Position numbers and translations under genes: made by a program. From Desulfatiglandales bacterium (GTDB lineage: Bacteria > Desulfobacterota > DSM-4660 > Desulfatiglandales > Desulfatiglandaceae), in contig OY759599.1 of assembly GCA_963662465.1 (NCBI GenBank), positions 6,752,001-6,816,000 of the forward strand: a DNA stretch of 64,000 nucleotides, given 5' to 3'. Shown here in pieces: positions 10,244 to 19,577 of this stretch (positions within the stretch are counted from its first letter, which is position 1; every line of letters begins with the position of its first letter). The notes below the pieces were generated by a model. It was not told the origin of the DNA and did no database searches. It worked only from the letters and a program-made list of their open reading frames with translations.

Positions 10244-10425
10244 GCTCCTTTCAGCTAAGACTGGGATCGAAAAACAATTCTACCATTCAAAATATCTCAT
10301 TAGAATTTTATTGACAAAAATATTGTAAGAGAGAGCGGGGAAAGGTAGATCACCCCCCGCCGCCGCCTCTCTTTTTAAAACCGGAAAACTCTTCAACAAG
10401 GTCACTTCAGAACCGCAAATTAAAA

Positions 10426-10998
10426 TCACTTTCCAGGCAGGCTATAGGTTGCCGTAACCTCCACAAGAGCATCACCTTTGCTTTCTCCGGCGAAGGGTTT
10501 GAGCATCCTGACCTTAAAGGTATTCTTTCCCTGAATGCCTTTGAACCGGCCCGTTCCGCAAATATATTTCCCCGTCCCATGTCCGGCTGGAAGTTTGCCT
10601 TCTTTGAGCTTTGTCATAACCCCTTCTACTTTTACCAGAGCCGTAGATCCATCTTTAAAGATAAGCTGGGAATATCCCTGAAAGGTTCCCAGTCCCCGAA
10701 CTATATCAAAGGTACATCTCAGAAGTTGCTTGGCTTTCTCGCCGTCTTCATATTCCACATCGCCTTGGCGCTCATAAAAACCGATGACCCGGCCCGGTGA
10801 ATCCGGTATGGGTATGGCCTGCATCTTGGTAATCCAGTTATTGACCTTGAAATTACGGGTTACTTCGCCAGCCTGCACGACGGATGTCAACACACACAGT
10901 GAAATGACGAGGGTCATGAAGCACAGTGCCCATGGATTCAGAATTCCCCTGCCGCTGTTTCTACCTGTAATGTTCATGCTAGTTTCTCCTTTTCCCAT
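10426..10998 (-). CDS. Hypothetical exported beta-rich protein
   Basis: Signal peptide ending VQA; C-terminal GTGRFKGIQG motif. Confidence 0.7.
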   Translation of the reverse strand: MGKGETSMNITGRNSGRGILNPWALCFMTLVISLCVLTSVVQAGEVTRNFKVNNWITKMQAIPIPDSPGRVIGFYERQGDVEYEDGEKAKQLLRCTFDIVRGLGTFQGYSQLIFKDGSTALVKVEGVMTKLKEGKLPAGHGTGKYICGTGRFKGIQGKNTFKVRMLKPFAGESKGDALVEVTATYSLPGK

Positions 10999-11168
10999 TT
11001 TTCAATTGTGGTTTAACATTTTCTGAGCCGCATGATCGAATTTCCTTTTTCATCACCTCCCTTTTCCTATGAATTCTCAAAAATCTGCGAAAATATTACC
11101 CATGGCGCAGTCTTGTTGACGGGTCTGACCGTCAACATTTTTTGGTTTCGCGAAAATGCTACTATCAC

Positions 11169-11254
11169 CGCGAACGATAAGCTCACCAGCGCCTCCTCCG
11201 GCCCCCGCTGGAACCGCCCAAGTATCAGGCGTCTGGTGCAGCGTTTGGTTAACC
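11169..11254 (-). repeat. attC site (main family)
   Basis: R'' GGTTAAC, R' GTTCGCG, conserved arms. Confidence 0.93.
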
Positions 11255-11451
11255 GATTGAGATTACGTTCTAAAAGCATTCAACTTCTACACTCATAGTG
11301 GCTTATTACGTTTGGAAGTTCGATAGGACTCCAGCGTACATTACACAATGGCATAGGTCTGAATGAATTTCACACAGCTTTGCATAACTGACAGAGTATT
11401 GAGCGTAAATTTGGATGCTTATTTCAAATAGCATGTGGTTTTTGCCACATC

Positions 11452-11775
11452 TTATGCGTTTACCAGTATTCCCTCTCGTCGTGCAGCTTCGATAATTGTA
11501 CTTTCATCGTCCGTTTCCCACCGCTGAAGACCTACGGGGACCGGTTCTATCCGGTTGTCTGTACGGGCTGCGGTCCGCCAAAGCATATTGACATCTTCCC
11601 GATTGTAAGATTCATCATATCGAGGTGACACTACCAGTAAGTCTATGTCACTCCATCTGTTTGTGTCTTTGCGAGCGTGGGAACCAAACAAAATTCCGAA
11701 TTTGACCGGAACGCCGAGCCGTTGAAGTTCTTTCAGATATTTCCTGATTGAGTTTATAATTGATTCTTCAGCCAT
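11452..11775 (-). CDS. Minimal nucleotidyltransferase (MNT antitoxin)
   Basis: LFGSHAR...SDIDLLV (GSx10DxD). Confidence 0.88.
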   Translation of the reverse strand: MAEESIINSIRKYLKELQRLGVPVKFGILFGSHARKDTNRWSDIDLLVVSPRYDESYNREDVNMLWRTAARTDNRIEPVPVGLQRWETDDESTIIEAARREGILVNA

Positions 11776-12134
11776 TCGAATATCCCTCTCGTTTTTTGCA
11801 GCAGCATGTCTGCTTCTTCACGGGACGGAACAGGTCCCCACATTTCGGGATAGCGCCCCTCAATGTTGAATGGATTCATTTCTGAAAGAAAATCAGAATC
11901 TTCCTGCCTAAAGGCAATTCCAGACAATTCTGCAAGCCTTGCAAGATTGTGTAGCCTCGGAGCAATATCCCTGCTGTTGCGGCAAACATGGGCTTTGAGA
12001 ACTTTCTCAAGTGTTAAATGAAGAAAGAAAAGTCCGTGACGGATTCTGTTGGACCTGATGAGTTGATCCGCCACTTCAAAATCTTCTTCCGCCCCGTTTT
12101 TCCAATACGAAACATGTTTCTCAATATTTACCAT
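11754..12134 (-). CDS. HEPN-domain protein (toxin of HEPN/MNT pair)
   Basis: FFLHLTLEKVLKA, PRLHNL, EGRYP motifs; overlaps the MNT gene. Confidence 0.85.
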   Translation of the reverse strand: MVNIEKHVSYWKNGAEEDFEVADQLIRSNRIRHGLFFLHLTLEKVLKAHVCRNSRDIAPRLHNLARLAELSGIAFRQEDSDFLSEMNPFNIEGRYPEMWGPVPSREEADMLLQKTRGIFEWLKNQL

Positions 12135-12181
12135 CTATTTTCGGCCTGTAGATATGGATATTTATAACACTCGCGACGTCC

Positions 12182-13327
12182 CTATTTGGTAGCCACGGCG
12201 ATCCAGTTGTAGCCAATGTCTTGGTCCGGTGTGTCACTTGTCGGTAACCTGATCGGTCTTCCACTATGTTCATATTCAAGGACCGTTGAAGGCAACGTGT
12301 CGACTCCGTTAAGAACATCATCCAGTAACTTTTCTTTGCCTGGAAAATTTGAGTCATCATAGATTGTAATTTTTGAAAAGCCTGCATTACTCAGAATATT
12401 GAACATAGTCTCTTTTGTTCTACAGTTCAGGCCCCAGCTTTTCATTGGGCTGGCCTTTGATCCAATGTGCTGAATAAGAAAACTGCCCAAAGGGGCTCTT
12501 GATTTCATGTTTTCATTGGAGGATGATAAAACTAAGACACCACCTTCATTCAGCTGCCTGTAGTCACTGCTAATCAAAGTTTGGGCTACAGCATCCTGAA
12601 GGCCACATATTACACCAATTTTCACAATAATGTCTGCGCGCTCACTGCTCTTGGTAAAACTATTTTGAACAAACTGAACCTTATCAGTTTCAATTTGTTT
12701 CTTCGCTTCCATATGGGAAGCAATTTGCTGACCTAAAGCTAAGGCCTCTGAGTTTGTTTCGTAATTCAGTAAAGCCGAAATCCTGCCATCCACCTTCGAT
12801 GCAGCATGCAAAGTATCCAATCCAACGCCAGAGCCAAGATTTTTCATGACTATGGGTCGATTCATTCGTGCGGACACGTCATTGACCACCATTGGAAGAA
12901 TGGCGTGGGACAAGGCAATATGACGCTTCCTTAAGGAATCACCCATTTCCATGGCCACAGCCATTTCCTCTACTTCCAAATTATGAGCAAGAATAGGGGC
13001 TCCAAAGTTAAAATCGTGTGTGTAATACAAAAGGGGCATACAATAGCCGGAATGCTCATTCCTCACTTCAGCGAAAATCTTTGTTTGTGACACAATCTTT
13101 TCCTGCGCACGAAAAACAACATCAGGATTGTCAGATAACAGATCCCTCAAGTCTACTCTTGCCAATTCCTGAAACAACTTGAAATCTTCTCGTTCCAGAT
13201 ATTCTTCCGGATTTTTGTCAAACCAGGAAGTATCAACCTGTGCAAAAATATCGGGGGGGGGGGGGGGGGGTAGATTTAGCAGCCATTCTAATTCTCCTTT
13301 CAACTCTTTTTTGCCTTCATAGACCAT
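12182..13327 (-). CDS. Hypothetical protein, possible SAM-dependent methyltransferase fold; 18-nt poly-C tract near the 5' end
   Basis: NLGSGVG motif I-like; LNEGGVLVL; poly-Pro at about codon 20. Confidence 0.6.
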   Translation of the reverse strand: MVYEGKKELKGELEWLLNLPPPPPPDIFAQVDTSWFDKNPEEYLEREDFKLFQELARVDLRDLLSDNPDVVFRAQEKIVSQTKIFAEVRNEHSGYCMPLLYYTHDFNFGAPILAHNLEVEEMAVAMEMGDSLRKRHIALSHAILPMVVNDVSARMNRPIVMKNLGSGVGLDTLHAASKVDGRISALLNYETNSEALALGQQIASHMEAKKQIETDKVQFVQNSFTKSSERADIIVKIGVICGLQDAVAQTLISSDYRQLNEGGVLVLSSSNENMKSRAPLGSFLIQHIGSKASPMKSWGLNCRTKETMFNILSNAGFSKITIYDDSNFPGKEKLLDDVLNGVDTLPSTVLEYEHSGRPIRLPTSDTPDQDIGYNWIAVATK

Positions 13328-13340
13328 ACTGACGCTGCGC

Positions 13341-14256
13341 GGTTAACGACAAGCTCACCGGCCCCCTGCACCGGGCTTTGCGATTACCCCGCCGCGTCCA
13401 GGGGTCCGGTGAAGCGTTTTGTTGTGTGCCGGGCACGGCACGTGTTCTTAAGGGTGCGCGTAATGTACCATGCTTCCGATATTTTACGCAAGTCCCAGAC
13501 CCAGCCAGGTAGTGGCGAAGGGTGTAGCGGTATCACAACTGGGTACCCGGTAACGGGCCTGGAGAGGCAGTGGCCTTGCCGCAGCAGGGCACCGCAAACG
13601 CACGGGGCGACGAACAGAAATCGAGTGAGGCGGGTCTGGTGGGACGAGTTCGCAACACAGAACAAAGTCCTCTAACTACTATAGGCCAGGCACGTATACT
13701 CGGCGCTCGTGTGCGGAAAGACACGTGTTTACCCCGGGAGGCCCGTTGCGTCTCGTAGGGAACTGCAACTGAAATCCACCGGAATATAAGGGAAAACCGG
13801 TAAAACAAAACCCTGGCGTCAGGAACATTTCGAGTCATAGCCCTGACGAGCCCGGCCTATTGGTCGGGAAACACAAACAAATGGACTCGACAGATTGCGG
13901 AAACCACGAGTGAGCGAACCGCAAGGGGAGCCCACCGCGTAACGGGAGTCAGCAGAGGGCATATTAAGCCGGAGAAACGAGCCCTGAATAAAGGGAAGCC
14001 TCACTCCGGTGAAGGCCCGAACGGTCCCACCTGCCGAATGGCAGGGGTAAATGGTCGTGGTTGTCAAAGAACGTGTACTTGTTGGCTTAATGCAGCAGTA
14101 GCTGAAAGGTCGATAACGTCGCATTCTGGAAAACCCGGTAGGGCGGAACCTGTTTTATCCGTGCCTGCTCTGACCAGCCGAATCGCCGTATACGGACCCG
14201 TATGTACGGTGGTGTGGGAGGGGGGAGCTGTGAGGCTCCTCCCTATCCCCATAACC
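13341..14256 (-). repeat. attC site interrupted in R'' by the IIC intron
   Basis: Removing 13424-14252 restores plus-strand GTT|AACC, complementary to GGTTAAC at 13341-13347. Confidence 0.88.
13424..14252 (+). mobile_element. ORF-less group IIC-attC intron, antisense to the cassettes
   Basis: 5' GTGTG; IIC domain I motifs (GGACGAGTTCGCAACACAGAACAAAGTCC; GGAAAGAC...TACCCCGGGAGG); DIII GAGTCAGCAGAGG; short IIC DV with CGC triad (14180 onward); DVI ending CTATCCCCAT; no RT ORF. Confidence 0.9.
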
Positions 14257-15354
14257 GCATTCTGATTTTCCTAATTGCACGGAATTGGTGAGTAAGGACG
14301 CGCACTTTGCTTTATACCTGGTGTATTAATCCGTTTCCAGGTTGGAGCCCATACTTAGCGCATCTCTAGATTTCAACTGATGAAATCGACGTCACACATG
14401 ACCCTTTTTAAAGGGTATTCTTCCTTATATGTTTTTCCAATGACTTTCGGTTAGGTAGTGCTCTCCGCAGCGTCACTCCGTTGCGGCAGAAAGGACTGCT
14501 GGTTAATTGCCCGCCAATATTTCATTATTGAGAAACCACTTTGAAATTCGGCTGTAGCTTCAAAGTCCCACCTCCTGATGCAAGTGGATTGTAAATTTCG
14601 CTAACTCCGTAATGTTCCGAGAAAGAGTTATTCCAACCACCGCTGATGGTAATAGTTCCCGCCTTTTTCCAGTTCGGTGACTCTAGAAAAGTATCGGCAT
14701 CGACCTTGATGAGCGAGCCATCTTGCGCCGCTTCCAGGGCAAGCTGAATCGTCTCATAACAAGGTTCTTGGCCACATTGCCCATCTGCATCTACATATAA
14801 AGTGGATGAATAAGAGGTAGTAAATGAGATATCATCGCCATAACCTGTTCCTGCTGAATTAGTTGCATAAGCCCTTAAATGATATGCGGTGCCAGGGGCT
14901 AAACCAGTAACCGAACTTACAAAACTGTCGGTCCCCGAACCTTCATTCGTTTTTGTAGTTAAAGCAACCGTGGGGTTTGGCGATGTGCTCCAACAAACGC
15001 CCTTTTGCGTTACAGATAATCCTCCATTTGATGAAATGTTGCCATCCGATATAGCACTGCTATCCGTTATGGAGGATATTGGAACCGTATTGACTGTAGG
15101 CACGTCATAAATAGTTATAAGTCCCTGGGAGGTCTGTTTTGAGGTATCATTAAGAGGTTCAATCTTGATAACAGAATTTACTGAGGCTGGTCCTGTCACT
15201 TTCCATTCATAAAAACCATCATTTTCTGTGGATGCAATGACGGTCTCAAAAGAATTGTTTTTTCCACCTTCCCTGGAAATTGATATCTTAACGTTTCCTG
15301 AAATGCTTTTAGTATCCCATTCCACGTTCATTTGGTTTCCGACTTTCCACCTAG

Positions 15355-17323
15355 CCTGAGTTTACGAATTAGCAAAAGTCAATCTTGTAACTTGCTGTTA
15401 TGTCTAAAAAATTTCACCACCATTTGTACCCCCTAACTTAGCAAATATTGTTCCATTTTGAATAGATCGAAAAGCCGTTTTTGGACTTCATCCATCTTGG
15501 AAACAACCGATTGCGCTGGCTGTTTATTTTTTCGTTTCGGAAATACATTGAGAACTTCTCGTATTCCGAAAAGTTTATTATGTAGTCTATTTATGGACAT
15601 AGGCATTGATGCTTCCTGAGTCCTTTTCATTATCAAGGCTCGAAGAAGCAAGGATAATGAACAATATAGTCCATGAACCTTTATCTTCTGGTCTGTCCAA
15701 TGAAACATGGGCCACCAGGTTCCAGTTTTTCTGTCTTTCATTTGTTTAAAAACGTTCTCAATAACATACTGGCTTCGATAAGTAACTATAATATCTTCTG
15801 TCGACCAGCTATGGTTGTCTGTTATGATGATATTTTTCCCCAAATATGTATCGGAAAGCTCAGCATAAGAGTTGGTGTCTAAATTATAGGCAAGAACCGG
15901 AATACCATTATGTTCAGTAACAGTTGTTTTGATTAAAGTCTTCATATGTTGACCGGAAAGAGTTGATGCTACTTGTTTTTTTATGGATTCCTTGGTCGGT
16001 GTTTTTCCTTTGGTGATTCTTCCCGCAACACGGTCTTCTAATTTGGTAGAAATAACTAAAAGTTTGCCAAGACATTTATTTATTTCATTATTAATGGATT
16101 TTATTTGTGAAGTATAAAGATTGTTGTTGAAGGAAACCACAACAGTCAGGTCTTTTCCATATATTTTTTTCTGTGTGCGAAATGCCTTAACCTGATCCAA
16201 TTTGGGATGTGAGAGGGGAACAAGACATTTATCGTTATTGGAAATTAAAGCTAAATCCTTATGATCATCCGGCTTGACTGAACCGACAAAATGAAAACCG
16301 GAGTCCCCTACGAATTTATTTAGGTTTTCTTGAGAGTTATTGCCTTTATCAAATACGATTGTTAAGCCATCGTTATTTGGTTTCCTATCTTTAAAGGCAC
16401 GGAAAAAGTTTTCAATTACTATTCCAAACTCTTTCGAATCATGCGTGTTGCCTTCAAACACATCAAAGTATAATGGAAAATGGTCCTTGCGTGTGCAAAA
16501 CAATGCATAATTGATTTGTCTGAGGTTACCGCGCCCCTGTTTATTTTTTCCTCTTTTTGCAAGAGAGCAACGTGTATTGAAAGATCCAATGAAAGAATAG
16601 AAATTAGTTCCATCATAAGATGCGCAAGACAAATCAATATCTTCTCGATCCAAGATTGAATTTACAAGTTTTAACCATGTTATTATTATTTTATCCTCCT
16701 TAATGGAAGACATGTTATCCCAAAAACGTTGGGAACTCAGAGACGTTTTATCCGCTTCAGGAAATACTCGAAAAAGAATAGTATCCTGAAACCATTTCCA
16801 CATAGAACGTTTACTAACAGCCTCTATTCCACGGTTTATCGCAGCCAAAGTCAAATAGAACCCAACAGATAATCCTTGATTTCGTTTAGATAAAACACTA
16901 TCAAGAATCGAGATCATATTGATTTCTTCAGCAATGTTTAAATAGGCTGCGGGACCACCAAGCTGAAATATCTCTGCATATGTCGGTTTTGGAGGTATTC
17001 CCTCTACGGCTGCAATTATTTTCGGTAAAGATCCTAAATATTTTTGCCATTTTCGTCGAGGCTTCCCATCTACCCGCTCACTTTCCTCAGCGTAATAATA
17101 GGTGATGCCTTTGATCTGTTTGCGAGTAATATATGCCATAAAACATGTATTCCCCCTCAAAGAATGCATTATTAGGGGGTACAAATATCACAAAAAACAC
17201 GTTTATGTCAAGCTATACCTGCATTTCATGGTTCATTAAAGTTAGGGGGTACACTTTAAATCTGTAACTATCAAAAAATACACGATTTATTTGATTAAGG
17301 TGCGGTTATTTCGTAAACTCACG
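15355..17323 (-). mobile_element. IS1634-family insertion sequence
   Basis: TIRs CCTGAGTTTACGAA / CGTGAGTTTACGAA; TSD CTAG. Confidence 0.9.
15433..17184 (-). CDS. IS1634-family DDE transposase (start probably MAYIT)
   Basis: YDGTNF, VFDKGN, YRSQYVIENVFKQMK. Confidence 0.88.
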   Translation of the reverse strand: MYPLIMHSLRGNTCFMAYITRKQIKGITYYYAEESERVDGKPRRKWQKYLGSLPKIIAAVEGIPPKPTYAEIFQLGGPAAYLNIAEEINMISILDSVLSKRNQGLSVGFYLTLAAINRGIEAVSKRSMWKWFQDTILFRVFPEADKTSLSSQRFWDNMSSIKEDKIIITWLKLVNSILDREDIDLSCASYDGTNFYSFIGSFNTRCSLAKRGKNKQGRGNLRQINYALFCTRKDHFPLYFDVFEGNTHDSKEFGIVIENFFRAFKDRKPNNDGLTIVFDKGNNSQENLNKFVGDSGFHFVGSVKPDDHKDLALISNNDKCLVPLSHPKLDQVKAFRTQKKIYGKDLTVVVSFNNNLYTSQIKSINNEINKCLGKLLVISTKLEDRVAGRITKGKTPTKESIKKQVASTLSGQHMKTLIKTTVTEHNGIPVLAYNLDTNSYAELSDTYLGKNIIITDNHSWSTEDIIVTYRSQYVIENVFKQMKDRKTGTWWPMFHWTDQKIKVHGLYCSLSLLLRALIMKRTQEASMPMSINRLHNKLFGIREVLNVFPKRKNKQPAQSVVSKMDEVQKRLFDLFKMEQYLLS

Positions 17324-19011
17324 CTAGAAGCCTGTGTTGGAAAAAGGATTTCAAGGTGCCCGGAAATAGTATTTTGCCCTCCTCTCACACAACGGATACA
17401 ATATTGATTTGCCTTTGACCTGCTATAGTCTAAGCCATCGCTAAAATAAACAGTGGATTCATTTGTAGGTTCTGATGTTCTTGTGGTTGAAGACCAATAA
17501 TGTGCTAACTCTGTTTCAGGAAAATAGTCTGTATCGATTGACGGATCGATTGACGTGTAATCTACAAGAGAATGAAATTCCTTAACAGCTGGCAATCGCC
17601 AATCATCATAACCTGCAAGATAACTATTTTCACATGTGGATAGAGCATCCTCGCCATTCAGGATACAGCTTTCAGTGCCTTTTTGCCACATCAGCCCGGC
17701 AGAAGTATCTGTGATCGTATCGTCCCCATTATCAACAAAATGACCGGATTTTTGAATCTGCTTTCCTCTTACTGCAAGCACGTAGTAGCTATCGGCCATC
17801 CTAGCAGTTTCGATGTCCCCATTTTCAAAGTTGACACCCAATGCATATCCGGCATTACCTGCGTCAAGAGTGAAAGACCAATAGAAAGAAGGCTCCATAT
17901 TGGAAAAGAAAATACTGTTTGCGGCAGGGTTTGTTTGCTCCCAATTGACAATTGAAAGCAATTCTGTGATTTTGGGAAGCCTCCAGTCGGAATATCCTCC
18001 AAACTGATTTGAATTGAGATTGGAGATCAAGCCATCTCCATAGTAAGAATCATATCCGGAGTATAGATTGTCCTTGTCGTGGATTGAATCGTCGTTTGTC
18101 TTTTTTTCCCAAATAAGCCCTGTGACATTGTCCTTTATCATTGCCCACGAAGCAGCTGAGTCTGGAAGAATAGCCCCATTTTCATCCATTTTGGTGTATG
18201 ATGGTGAATTAATTATATAACTGGCATCTTGGCCAAAAAACGCAGTGCCTGATTGGGGACATTCAATTTCGGTTGAATTGTCGTAACAGGTTGTCTGACC
18301 GGTATCTGGTATTGGAATTGAAAAAACTGGCTCTTCAAGAGTGATTTGATGCAAATATCTGTCATCATGAATATTCGCGAACCTAAATTCGCCGGCGGGG
18401 TCTTGAGTCCTCCATACATCAGATTTGAGGGCGCCAGCGGCGGCTTTAAGTGTAAAATTTCCGGTAGACTTTCCTGTTCGGATTTTTACTATGACTTGGA
18501 CATCTTCATTACCGCAATCGCTTTCAGACCCAATTCCCACCCAGATTTTGCAATTCTCCTCGGGGACATAAAGAGATTCGTATTCGGTATTTCTTTCAAG
18601 CGTGTAGGCTCCATAACCAGAAGCGATAGCCTCCAAAACCTCCCATTCGACAGGTATTTGGAGTACAAGACCGTAAACAGTAATATCGCATTCAGTCCCT
18701 TCAGAGTAACCAGCGATACGGACGCTGATTTCGTCATTGGTTAAAAAACAAAATGGGCCTGTAAAGCTATCTATAGTTAACTTGCAACTTGTTAAGACAA
18801 GCATAATTAAACACAAAATTAGGCAACATAAATTTTTCATATTAGAAAAATCTCCGATTAGAAATGAACAATAGCAGCCATTCTTGTCATCATGGGCCGT
18901 CTGATAAGAACCCTGAAAAACTTCGAATAGGATGCTTAACCTGCTTTTTTCTATTCTGTAGTCAAACGATATGCTCTATTTTTTCCTATATTTTCATGAC
19001 GCCTCCCGCCC

Positions 19012-19097
19012 GGTTAACGACAAGCTCACCAGCGCCTCCACTGGCCCCCGCCGGGACCGCCCAAGTATCAGGCGTCTGGTGCAGCGTTTGGTTGGCA
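19012..19097 (-). repeat. attC site (main family)
   Basis: R'' TGCCAAC, R' GTTAACC, conserved arms. Confidence 0.93.
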
Positions 19098-19577
19098 GCA
19101 CATAGTTCACTTAATAGCACGAAATTGCGGAGAAAATAAGAATCTCCTGACCGTTTTTCACTCGCCTTTTCACACATTGGGATTCCTAATATATCGGCAA
19201 AAGCCATCTCGCTGTTTAGGTAGAACCTTTCGGGTCGCACGGGTGTAGCCCGAGGTTTAATTAATGGGAAATAACTAAATCATCTTTACGCTAAAATATA
19301 ACCGATTATGGGTATTTAATGCTTTTGAATTTAGAATCTGCCATTGACCATAATAACTGAATGAACCCACCTTTTAATACCTCCAAATCATAAGCTTCAT
19401 CGTTGTATTTATATTTGAGCGGAATCATTTCTGTTGGCAAATTGTATTTCTTAATAAACGCACGCACAGAATTCGCTGGTATGCAATCCTGAGGAATACC
19501 AGAGTTATGATCCGAAATACTTATTTGATATTCATTTCTTGCTTTCCATAAGATACTGCTGCTTTGATAAATATTAA

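Larger units (their letters stand above)
14525..18840 (-). pseudogene. Secreted 2x DUF1566 + FN3-like protein, split by IS1634
   Basis: Removing the IS and one CTAG joins ...PTQAS-R-WKVGNQ-MNVEWD in frame (track ORFs 17287-18840 and 14525-15331). Confidence 0.88.

Noticed and set aside
13384..14265. Several 60-100 aa ORFs inside the IIC intron
   Set aside because: No RT motifs; they overlap structured ribozyme sequence.
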